A stretch of 64,000 nt of DNA from a virus, in the IMG/VR virus record IMGVR_UViG_3300025669_000020, positions 1 to 64,000 of that record. One strand, given 5' to 3'. Shown piece by piece: positions 9,161 through 17,517 of this stretch. The first letter of the stretch is position 1, and the number at the start of each line of letters is the position of its first letter. Both the position numbers and the translations under genes were made by a program. The notes under the pieces are model-generated. The model searched no databases. It worked only from the letters and a program-made list of their open reading frames with translations, and was not told the DNA's origin.

Positions 9161-10100
9161 GTGAGAGGTCGGAAATGGACACATGAAGAAGTCACGCAGT
9201 TTTTCAGGGAACAGGGGTGTGAGCTTTTGTCCCCAGAGTACAAAAACTCCAAACAAAAAACTGCTCTACCGCTGTGATTGTGGATCTGAAGCCCGTGTAG
9301 AGTTCCGAAACTTCAAACATAAGGTTCTCAAGGGTGTGAATCGGGGCTGCCCAGCGTGCACGGTTCGGAAGATGTTGGAGACAACACAAAATCGGAATGG
9401 GGGACTCCACCATTTCCAGACTTCGGAATTCAAAGAGTCCCGCAAAAAGACTTTCTTGGCACGTTATGGTGTTGAGAACCCTCTTCAAAACGCTGGTGTC
9501 CGTGAAGATCGTCGTCAGACCTGCATGACAAGATACGGGGTACCCTCTGTCTCCCAAGTCCCTGAAATCCAAGCACGGCAGCGACAAGGGTTTCAAGACA
9601 AGTACGGGGTTTCGCATTTCATGCACGTGCCAGAGAGCAGAGAGAAATGGAAGCAAACACTTCTCCGGCGATATGGAGTTCCTTCCCTGGCCTATCTGAG
9701 CCGGTGTGCTTCCAAGGAGAGTCAGACTCTTTTTTGGGAGATATGGAACAACCTCCCCCTTGAGCTTCAGGCTAAATCCTACTTTGCGGAGCACGGGGGT
9801 GAATTCAACGTCTCTTTCCAGGGACAGTTTTTCAAGTTTGACTTTGTCCAGAGCCGCATCCACAAAGCCATTGAATACAATGGATGGAATTTCCATCCCA
9901 AGCCTCATCAAGATCCCCAGGAGGCGGGGTGGTGTGCTTTCCACCCCACCCTGACTGTGAAGGCCGCCCGTGCCCGGGAGGCTCTGAAGTACGAAGCCCT
10001 GGAGCGTCGGGGCTTTCAGATTCTCACCGTATGGGATAGAGACAGACATGGGGATCCTGAGGGGGTGGTTCAACAGTGCCTGGACTTCTTACTCACTTGA
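9161..10100 (+). pseudogene. free-standing homing-endonuclease-like gene (Zn-ribbon + RYG/KYG repeats + Vsr-like nuclease), +1 frameshift at A6 run 9255-9260
   Basis: AGGAGG + GTG at 9161 gives RKWTHEEV..EYKNSKQK, which continues as LLYRCDCG only after skipping one A. Four RYG/KYG repeats; C-terminal KFDF..AIEYNGWNFH..ILTVWD. Lower GC and antisense to the host operon. Confidence 0.7.
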
Positions 10101-11007
10101 GAAGAGCCCGAGCCTCCTGCGTCGTCATCAGAGCAGCCCCACGATCCTTCATCCACTGGAGAAACTCCGTACCCTGATCCTCGAAGGTGGAGACAGAGGA
10201 AGCACAATCCGTAAGAACGGTAATCTTCTTGACGTGTTCCGGGCTGGAAAAAGCTGAAACCGTATCCTTGCCTGTGTGGCACAGGCAGTGGGACAGAGCC
10301 TGGCCCGCCAGGAACACCTTGTCCATCTTCTCCAGGGTAGCGACCCACCCCGCGTTCAGCTGGGTGCCGGGATCGTTGGGGAGCTGCACCTCGGCCTGCA
10401 CGGCGCTGAAGTGCTCCGTGAAGGGGTTGGAGCCCTTGGCGACGAAGTTGAGGGTGCGGGCACGGTTGCGGGCCCAGTTCTGGGCTGCCTCCATGAAGGC
10501 GGGGTACACGTTGGCACCGGCGGTTCCGATCAGGCAGTGTTCCGGCCAGATCACGTGGGCGTAGCGGTTCTTGGCGGTGAGCTGCTGGATGTACCAGGCG
10601 GTGTAGCCGTGGAAGGTGAGGGCCTTGCCGCCAGTCAGGGCTGCCGTCCAGGGGATCTTGCCCATCTTGCGGGTGCGGAACTTCCGGCTGTTCTGGTAGT
10701 CAGGGAACAGGAGACCGACGAAGGTGTCATCCGTCTCGTTGTAGGTCATCACCGTGAGGGGGGGCGCGGCATCACCGTTCTCATCCGCGAACCACAGGCC
10801 ATGGGCGATGTCCAGGTCGTGGTGCTGGTCGAGGGTGATGTGGATGTCATCCAGGTGACCGCTGATGTCGTTGGTGAAGCCAGCCAGGCGTTCCATGTCC
10901 TCCTGGGCACCGGGTACGCAGAGGGAGCCCTGGGGGAGCCCGTAGGGGTTGGTGTCAGAGGCACAGAAATCGTTCTGTGGGTCGATAGCGACGAGGGCGA
11001 CGCGCAT
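10093..11007 (-). CDS. pncA: nicotinamidase / isochorismatase-family cysteine hydrolase
   Basis: IDPQNDF, LDQH..H, WPEHCLIGT, KG, GQALSHC catalytic motifs; ATG at 11007 with GGAG RBS; NAD gene context. Confidence 0.8.
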   Translation of the reverse strand: MRVALVAIDPQNDFCASDTNPYGLPQGSLCVPGAQEDMERLAGFTNDISGHLDDIHITLDQHHDLDIAHGLWFADENGDAAPPLTVMTYNETDDTFVGLLFPDYQNSRKFRTRKMGKIPWTAALTGGKALTFHGYTAWYIQQLTAKNRYAHVIWPEHCLIGTAGANVYPAFMEAAQNWARNRARTLNFVAKGSNPFTEHFSAVQAEVQLPNDPGTQLNAGWVATLEKMDKVFLAGQALSHCLCHTGKDTVSAFSSPEHVKKITVLTDCASSVSTFEDQGTEFLQWMKDRGAALMTTQEARALLK

Positions 11008-11020
11008 TGGGGAACTCCAG

Positions 11021-11080
11021 GTGTGCCTCTCAGGGAGAAGCGGGTGGGGGGTGTGCCTCTCAGGGAGAAGCGGGTGAGGG
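11021..11080. repeat. 30-bp tandem duplication in intergenic leader of pncA
   Basis: GTGTGCCTCTCAGGGAGAAGCGGGTG(G/A)GGG twice, one mismatch. Confidence 0.95.
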
Positions 11081-11299
11081 TTACTTGAAGCAGGTGCCCC
11101 GACAAATGAGGCGACCGCAGAAGGCACAGTGGCCTCGGGAGCTTTCGTAGAGGGGGAAGGCAGCGTTGGGGTCTTCGATGTCGGCAGGCCCTGGGATTCT
11201 CTCACCGCGGTCATCTCGGACGATGGTGCCGTTTGCATCGGTGAGCCAGGTGTTGCCATCTCTGTCAAAGGTGTGGCGGATGTCTCGGCCGTCTTTCAT
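11081..11299 (-). CDS. small protein with C-terminal CxxC-x4-CxxxC motif
   Basis: MKDGRDIRH...GHCAFCGRLICRGTCFK; lies between nadE and pncA. Confidence 0.55.
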   Translation of the reverse strand: MKDGRDIRHTFDRDGNTWLTDANGTIVRDDRGERIPGPADIEDPNAAFPLYESSRGHCAFCGRLICRGTCFK

Positions 11300-11303
11300 G
11301 GGT

Positions 11304-12362
11304 TCACCCCAGGGAGATGGGGAGGTAATTGGTGAGGATGCCCCGTGCCACGAAGTCCTCACGACTCCCGTACATGGGGCAGTTGGGGTTGATCTTGTGG
11401 CGGGTGCGGCGTTCCGCCCGCCGTGCGGCACGAAGGATGTCTCCGACGCTCTGGCTCGGAATGCCCGCGAAGAGGGGGCTGTCCTGGGCAACGCGGGTCA
11501 GGTAAGCGATGGCGGTGGTGTTCAGCTGCTCACCGAACAGGAGTGCCTCGTGGGGGATACCCCAAGCCAACGTGTAGTCCAGGAAGCGGCTGACCCGCTC
11601 GATGGTGCCCACCGTGAGGTACTCACCCGTAGCAGGACTCACCGTGGAGTAGGTGAAGTTGGCACCCGTCCAGGTCTTCAACTCGCTCTCATCGCGGGTG
11701 TCACCACCCGCCCAAAGGTCGTGCTGGGGGGCCACTTCGATGATGGGTCGCATGGCGCGGGCCACATCCGGTCCCATCTTGTCCCCGAGACCCACAGCGA
11801 GCTGGTAGACCTCGCCCTTGGAGAGCATGGCCATGGGGTTGCAGTCCACTTCACCGTCCCCACCCTTCTGATAAAAGCGGAGGTAGCGGTCTTCGCATTC
11901 GTTCCCGGTACCCAGGCGGATACCGTTGCCCGTCATGCGGTTCAGACCGCGACCGATGGGAGCACGGATGCAGGAGCGCATGGAGCCCAGAACAGTGGGG
12001 TCCTTCGCGATCCGCGCCTTGACCTGTTCCAGGGTTTCCTCGTCGTAAGCGTCCCCGATCCCACGGAGCATCTCGGCTACCACGCAGGAGAACACTTCGG
12101 TCAGATCGAGGCTGATCAGGGGGACTTCCAGAGCGTCCGCGAGATCCTGAGCCTGCTTCTGCATGGCATCCTGGGAGGAGATGCTGGAGAAGCAAGCCGT
12201 GATGTTGTCGGGACCGACCGCGAGGACGGCGAGGGCCAGCATGACGGCGGAGTCGATCCCACCGGACACGTCCAGCTCAATACGACTACCACAGCAGGCA
12301 GCGGCATCCCTGATGGCGGAAACGCGGTCTTCGATCAGGCCACTGACATTGGTGACAGGCAT
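11304..12362 (-). CDS. nadE: NH3-dependent NAD+ synthetase
   Basis: PP-loop VSGGIDSAV, GTGNECE, YQKGGDG, PMAMLSKGEVYQLA, terminal RHK; no glutaminase domain. Confidence 0.85.
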   Translation of the reverse strand: MPVTNVSGLIEDRVSAIRDAAACCGSRIELDVSGGIDSAVMLALAVLAVGPDNITACFSSISSQDAMQKQAQDLADALEVPLISLDLTEVFSCVVAEMLRGIGDAYDEETLEQVKARIAKDPTVLGSMRSCIRAPIGRGLNRMTGNGIRLGTGNECEDRYLRFYQKGGDGEVDCNPMAMLSKGEVYQLAVGLGDKMGPDVARAMRPIIEVAPQHDLWAGGDTRDESELKTWTGANFTYSTVSPATGEYLTVGTIERVSRFLDYTLAWGIPHEALLFGEQLNTTAIAYLTRVAQDSPLFAGIPSQSVGDILRAARRAERRTRHKINPNCPMYGSREDFVARGILTNYLPISLG

Positions 12363-12367
12363 GTGAA

Positions 12368-13909
12368 TTAACCCTGGGTGGTCAGGAGGGAGAGGGTGCG
12401 GGTGGCAGACCCAGCGCGGATGCCGTTGCGCTCATGGGTGAGCACGCTGATGAGGTGCTTGGTCGCGGGGCTGTGTTCGGAAGGCCCCTCCAGCCCCTCG
12501 GGGATGCCCTGGTAGAAGGAACCCTCTCTGCCACCCGACAGGACTTCGTAGCCGCCACCGGGGGGGAGCTTCTCACCGTGCTGGGCGATGTAGGAGTGGG
12601 GGCCTTCGACGGAGGGATCGACCTTGCGGAACAGGCGGGAGAGTCCTGGAAGGCTGGACTTGGGGCCCGCCACCTTGGGATCCACCTTGTTGTCCGAGAA
12701 CTTCATGGTGTCGCGGGAGCCGGTCCTGCAGAGCTTCCACACAGCGCTGGCCTCACTCCGAGTGGGGAGCGGGAAGGGGGGCTCTACGGCATACTGCCCG
12801 TACATGTAGGACTGCCGGTTCTCGGGCCACAGCAGGGCACGCCGCATCTGCTCGAACTTCTGGGTGGTCTTGAGGTTGAACCCACCACCCAGGTTCAACA
12901 CGGGGCTCAGGCGGAAGCCCATGAACATGAGGATCGCGGCGGCGTAGTCCTCTACCATGGTGTCTTCGGAGTCGAACCGCACCGCGCACAGACGGTCACG
13001 GGCCTCGGCCATCGCCTTCGTGGCTGCGGGGATGCCGCTGTCCTGCGTGGAGATGGTGTCCAGCAGGAAGGTTGGGACGCCTGCAGCGCGGTCACGGGCG
13101 GTGGTGAAGGCTTCATAGTCGGGGTCCTCCCCGATGCCGCACCGCTGGTGGTGTTCGTGGCCGGTGGTGCCACGGGGCGTCATGCCCAGGCGCATGGCAC
13201 CGTAGACATTGCTGGTAGCCTCGAACCCTGCGGCCTGGCAGGCGCTGAGAGCGATCAGGTGCTGCTCCATGCAGGAGGCTGCTCGGAGCCCCGCTTCCAG
13301 GACCTTGCCAGAGCCCACGGCATCAACCAGCTCCTTGGCGCGGGCGTAGATGTGGTCGTAGTAGCCCTGTCGGTCGACCTTGATCTTGAACTCGATCTCG
13401 ACGTTCACCGTATCCAGGGTCTCCAGCACGATCTCCCGCTCGCGGTCACAGGTGACGGTGCTGAAGTGGTACTGAAGGGTTTCGGGTTCGATCAAGGCGA
13501 TGGTGGCGGTCTGGATGCGGAAGCGGAGCATGGTCAGCTTGGCTTCCAGGTAGCTGACGAGGGCACTGGGGCCGGTCACGGTCAGCACAGGGTCATTGGC
13601 GGAGAACCACCGACCCTTGGGGACACCGATGACCTTCACGGAGCCCTTCATCGCCTGGACGTAGGCGGGGCCCATGGGGAACCCCTGTTCCTCGATGTAG
13701 GACAGGTCAGACTGCCTCACGGTGGGGAGCAGGCTGTTGACGTATTCCACGGGGTCGACCGGCATGACGTAGGGGCCACCGCGCCGCATCTGGAACACGA
13801 AGGTCTCTTCCCGGAGGGGGTAGCCTACCCAGGCCATGAACATCTTGTACCAGTCGGTTTCCAGGATGGATGGCTTGCGGGGAACGACGGGATCGCGGTC
13901 GAGGTTCAA
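12368..13909 (-). CDS. pncB: nicotinate phosphoribosyltransferase-like (type II PRTase)
   Basis: ILETDWYK, EAGLRA, ATSNV, GTTGHE, LLDT, VRFDS, VWKL; probable TTG start at 13909 with AAGGA RBS. Confidence 0.75.
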   Translation of the reverse strand: MNLDRDPVVPRKPSILETDWYKMFMAWVGYPLREETFVFQMRRGGPYVMPVDPVEYVNSLLPTVRQSDLSYIEEQGFPMGPAYVQAMKGSVKVIGVPKGRWFSANDPVLTVTGPSALVSYLEAKLTMLRFRIQTATIALIEPETLQYHFSTVTCDREREIVLETLDTVNVEIEFKIKVDRQGYYDHIYARAKELVDAVGSGKVLEAGLRAASCMEQHLIALSACQAAGFEATSNVYGAMRLGMTPRGTTGHEHHQRCGIGEDPDYEAFTTARDRAAGVPTFLLDTISTQDSGIPAATKAMAEARDRLCAVRFDSEDTMVEDYAAAILMFMGFRLSPVLNLGGGFNLKTTQKFEQMRRALLWPENRQSYMYGQYAVEPPFPLPTRSEASAVWKLCRTGSRDTMKFSDNKVDPKVAGPKSSLPGLSRLFRKVDPSVEGPHSYIAQHGEKLPPGGGYEVLSGGREGSFYQGIPEGLEGPSEHSPATKHLISVLTHERNGIRAGSATRTLSLLTTQG

Positions 13910-13933
13910 AATGAATCCTTGCGGGCTGTGTGG

Positions 13934-13956
13934 AATACTTCCGACATGGAAAGATT
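13934..13956. promoter_or_regulatory. candidate NrtR operator (imperfect palindrome)
   Basis: AATACTTCC-GACAT-GGAAAGATT (7/9 arm symmetry) between the promoter motif and the pncB RBS. Confidence 0.4.
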
Positions 13957-14011
13957 TACTCCAACCACGGAGGGGTGTCAAGGGGCCGGAGAGAATTTCT
14001 TTTCAGTGTTC

Positions 14012-14037
14012 CTACGCAGAAGCCGGTCTTTCTAAAC
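14012..14037 (-). promoter_or_regulatory. class A promoter motif GTTTAG-N14-GCGTAG driving NAD/TerY operon
   Basis: Same bipartite motif and spacing as 21048-21073 and 21374-21399. Confidence 0.55.
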
Positions 14038-14115
14038 GCTTTTCTCTGGGATCCTCGGATCAAGGCCCCTCAATACGGGTAGAATAAAGAAACCAAAATG
14101 ACCTGTGGAGTGGGT

Positions 14116-14706
14116 ATGCGAATCGCTATCGAAGGTGCTCCTGGCGTAGGAAAATCCACTCTCTGCAACCAGCTGGCTGAGCTGTTCCCGTGCCAACTGG
14201 TGACCGAGCCAGTGGACGACAACTACTACCTGGAGGACTACTACAAGGATCCCTCCAGGTGGGCGCTGGCGATGCAGATCGAACTGCTGACCCGCCGCGT
14301 GATGGATGCTGCTAGGACATGTCACCTGGGAGGGATCACCCTCCATGACCGCAGCCTGTGGGGAGACCGCATCTTCGGAAAAGCTGTTCACCAGATGGGC
14401 CTGATGGATGACCGTGAGTTCAAGACCTACGACCGCGTGTTCCGAGCCCTGCTGGAGAAAGCCTATCTCCCGGACATCATCCTGTACCTCCGAGCGGATC
14501 CCCAAGTTGTGTGGGAGCGTGTGCAGGCCCGGAACAGGGGTGCCGAAGACGGGATGCAGCAGAGCTACCTGAACAAGGTCATCACGGAGTATGAGCGGTT
14601 CTTCGATGAGCCTCCCATCGGAGCCGTTGTGACTGCGGTGGACTGGAACGAATACCGCACCCCTGAGGATGTCCTGGGTGTCCTCATGAACCACATCAAG
14701 AAATGA
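14116..14706 (+). CDS. deoxynucleoside kinase
   Basis: IAIEGAPGVGKST, EPV, DRSLWGD, PDIILYLRA, RNRGAE. Confidence 0.85.
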   Translation: MRIAIEGAPGVGKSTLCNQLAELFPCQLVTEPVDDNYYLEDYYKDPSRWALAMQIELLTRRVMDAARTCHLGGITLHDRSLWGDRIFGKAVHQMGLMDDREFKTYDRVFRALLEKAYLPDIILYLRADPQVVWERVQARNRGAEDGMQQSYLNKVITEYERFFDEPPIGAVVTAVDWNEYRTPEDVLGVLMNHIKK

Positions 14707-15116
14707 GCCTCCCCATCAAACCATGGGCAAAGGGTTCCTTCCCAGAGGGGGAGGGTGTGATCCTCGAAGTGTGGCTGTGCCGAGCCCCCACAGGGCAGAT
14801 GTTCGCCATGCACCGACCACAGAGCAAGGAAGACCACGAGATGCTCATGTCGTGGCCTTCTGGGGGTCTGGAGCAGGCTGCGGTAGGGCTCCTGACCGAA
14901 GCAGTCAGGCGTGAGGCGATCCTCGACATTCTCATCAAGGAGACAAAAGAACCCGGCTTCATCCAGGAGTTGACCGAGATGGAGCCGGGAGATCGGGATG
15001 CTTGGGCTCAGGAAATGGCAGAGCAGCTGCAAGCACTACTGGGCAAGACCGTGAAAGACCTGGCCCCTGGTGCTTTCAAGGACGCTTTGGAGATGATGCT
15101 TCCCCGCGACGGGTAG
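14703..15116 (+). CDS. hypothetical protein
   Basis: ATGA overlap with the kinase gene. Confidence 0.6.
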   Translation: MSLPIKPWAKGSFPEGEGVILEVWLCRAPTGQMFAMHRPQSKEDHEMLMSWPSGGLEQAAVGLLTEAVRREAILDILIKETKEPGFIQELTEMEPGDRDAWAQEMAEQLQALLGKTVKDLAPGAFKDALEMMLPRDG

Positions 15117-16416
15117 CAGCCTGCTTGTAGGCCATCTGCCGGAACACATCGGGGTTGGCCTTCAGCCACAGCTGGTGATGTGCCCTGTTGCAGAAGAACT
15201 GCTGGGTCTTGCTCCGTGCCACCTCCCCTGCAGTCTTGGACACGGGGGCACCACAGTGGTCACAGGTCACAGTGACCCTGCCCTTGGGGGCTGAGGGCTT
15301 GGCGATGAGTTGGGGCTCTTCCCTGACCAGAGTGATGGCAACGGCATCCCGCTGCTTCCTGCGCCACAGTGTGAAGTGCTCGGGGCAGCAGTAGAAGTGT
15401 CCGCTCTTGTTCTTCTTGGCATCACCGGGGAGCTTGTAGAAGGGGTCGTCGCAATAGGAGCACACCACCATGATACGCGGAAGTGGGTTTCCAGCCCGAA
15501 GGGCTGCCATCTGCCTCGCTGATTCGAGACGGATCATGGGAAGTTCTGTCGTCTTGAGGAGGGCCTGGAGGGACTGTATCGTGGCCAAGCCATCCACCCG
15601 TTCCTGTTGAAGTTCCAGGATTTGGGTGTCGATAGCTACCATGCGTTCCTGGGCAATCTGGATGTCAGTCTTGGCAGCCTGGATGGTAGCCATCACCCGC
15701 CGCCCTTCTACCCTCTGGAGTTCCCGCTGCCGTTCAGCCTCTGCTGCCTGACGAAGTTCCTCATCCTTGCGGCGCTGTTCTGCCTCGGCTTGGAGGCGGG
15801 CTTCCTCAGCCTCCTTCTCTAGCAGAAGCCGAGCCTTTTCTTCCAGAAGCCGAGCCTTTTCTACCAGGAGGCTGCCATCTTCGTCCTTTTGCTTCCGCCG
15901 AAGCTCGATCTCCTGCATATGGCGCTGTGTCTCCAACACCTTGCGGGCGATCTCCTGCTTACGGCGCTGGATCTCCTGCCCAATGCCCTCCGCCCCTGTC
16001 TGCTGGTTCTCTGCCTTTTCAGTTGCGATCCGCCTCTTCCGATCCGCCTCTTCCTTCTGCATCCTGAAAGCCTCCGTCTTCTTCTTGTCCTTCTCATCCC
16101 GCTGCAACCTGACCTTCTCCGCGAGATGTACCCTGTCTGCGGCTTCCCTGGCTCCCCTGGCTTCGATTGCTGCCTTCTTGCGAGCAACAGCGGCGGCATC
16201 GAAACCCTGTGCCATCTTGTCCTTCAGGGGCTGGGCGACCTTCCACTCCTTCAACTGCTTTTTGTATTCCGCCTCGATGTTCTGCTCCCCATAGATCCTC
16301 TTGCCACACATGTAGCACTTGACCATCATGGCCCCCCCTCGCACATAGGAGCCGTAATCCCGCTCCGCGTTGAGGTTCTCACTCCCACATTTGGGGCAGG
16401 CCATCTTGAAGTTCAT
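15076..16416 (-). CDS. Zn-ribbon / coiled-coil / tandem treble-clef (TRASH-like) protein
   Basis: CPKC..CYMC N-terminus, long E/K/R/Q coil, two C-terminal repeats CSYC..FYCCPEH and CDHC..FFCNRAH. Confidence 0.6.
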   Translation of the reverse strand: MNFKMACPKCGSENLNAERDYGSYVRGGAMMVKCYMCGKRIYGEQNIEAEYKKQLKEWKVAQPLKDKMAQGFDAAAVARKKAAIEARGAREAADRVHLAEKVRLQRDEKDKKKTEAFRMQKEEADRKRRIATEKAENQQTGAEGIGQEIQRRKQEIARKVLETQRHMQEIELRRKQKDEDGSLLVEKARLLEEKARLLLEKEAEEARLQAEAEQRRKDEELRQAAEAERQRELQRVEGRRVMATIQAAKTDIQIAQERMVAIDTQILELQQERVDGLATIQSLQALLKTTELPMIRLESARQMAALRAGNPLPRIMVVCSYCDDPFYKLPGDAKKNKSGHFYCCPEHFTLWRRKQRDAVAITLVREEPQLIAKPSAPKGRVTVTCDHCGAPVSKTAGEVARSKTQQFFCNRAHHQLWLKANPDVFRQMAYKQAATRRGEASSPKRP

Positions 16417-16560
16417 GAATTTCCCTGTGTGCAGCCCACACCACCCCGGAGATGGAGTGTTGTATAGGTTGAAAGCCTGCAAAGGCTCAACCAGCTGCAT
16501 TTGCCCCTGCATCTTATCCACTTTGGAGGCTTCAGGTCAAGGGGCGTTCCTGATCGGTAT

Positions 16561-16575
16561 CGGTGATCTCTCTAT
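16561..16575 (+). promoter_or_regulatory. class B (putative late) motif CGGT-N7-CTAT
   Basis: One of six exact intergenic copies (9112, 16561, 23116, 49402, 55824, 62872), each upstream of a + strand gene. Confidence 0.6.
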
Positions 16576-16621
16576 CGCCTGGGAGTGGACAGGAGATATT
16601 GCCCTGAGAGAGTGAGAGCCC

Positions 16622-17290
16622 ATGCAGAACCGTAAAGCCAAAGCCGATGTGACCCCCGTGCGACAGCGCACTCAGTTCACGTGCATGAGCACTTCTCTCA
16701 TGCTCTGCCTCCAAGCCAACGGCGTGAAGTGCGACGAGGAAGAGGTGAACAAGGTCATGGGAGCAGCTCCTATGAAGGGGGCAGCGTGGGAGCACGCGCT
16801 CGCCGCAGCCCAGCACTATGGGATGCGGGCGACGTTGACCGTCCCCGCCACGATCCGCCAGCTCAAGGCCTGGACAGACCAGAAGATCCCTATCATGATC
16901 GCCTGGAACCCAGAGGGTCGGGACTGGAGCCATGCCTCAGTGGTCTATGACGTGACTGAGGGGCTCCCCAAGACACTGCCCGCTGCCTGCACGGTCAAGG
17001 GAGAGGGGGATGGTCTGTATGTGTGGGTCGCGGATCCGAACATCCCGAACCCGGACAAGACCACCAGGATCGTCCACGAGGACGCTTTCTATGCAGGGTG
17101 GTACGAGAAGTGGCCAAACTATCTCGTTCGAAGACCAGCGTGTGCTATCGAACCCGAGATCACCAAGGACGGGAGACAGGTCGTAGCTTCACAGAAGCTG
17201 AATGTGGCCCAGCACTCACGCCAGACAGTTACCAGAGACATTCAGCGGGAAGCTATCCGCAAGGTCATGCAGGAGATGCATCATGAGTAG
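16622..17290 (+). CDS. C39-like papain-fold cysteine peptidase
   Basis: Q-x5-C (RQRTQFTCMSTSL), HASVV, VADP: the Gln/Cys/His/Asp set. Confidence 0.75.
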   Translation: MQNRKAKADVTPVRQRTQFTCMSTSLMLCLQANGVKCDEEEVNKVMGAAPMKGAAWEHALAAAQHYGMRATLTVPATIRQLKAWTDQKIPIMIAWNPEGRDWSHASVVYDVTEGLPKTLPAACTVKGEGDGLYVWVADPNIPNPDKTTRIVHEDAFYAGWYEKWPNYLVRRPACAIEPEITKDGRQVVASQKLNVAQHSRQTVTRDIQREAIRKVMQEMHHE

Positions 17291-17513
17291 GCGCAACAGA
17301 ATCGTCGATACCATCAGGATCAAGGACAAGGATAAGCCGAAGCGGCGTGAAGGCCCCGAGGCTGTCACCATGAATCGTCGGCGTTCTGGTCCTCATCACA
17401 ACCGGGATCGGGATGTGGCTACAGGTCGTAATCGCAAGCCCAAGCACAAGAACCGCGACAGGCACATGGCCACCCGGGTAGCGGATCGCTACCTCGACAC
17501 GGACAAGGAGTAA
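17283..17513 (+). CDS. small basic protein with C-terminal RVADRYL tag
   Basis: Overlaps the peptidase stop; Arg/Lys-rich with an RKPKHK segment. Confidence 0.6.
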   Translation: MSRRNRIVDTIRIKDKDKPKRREGPEAVTMNRRRSGPHHNRDRDVATGRNRKPKHKNRDRHMATRVADRYLDTDKE

Positions 17514-17517
17514 CGAA

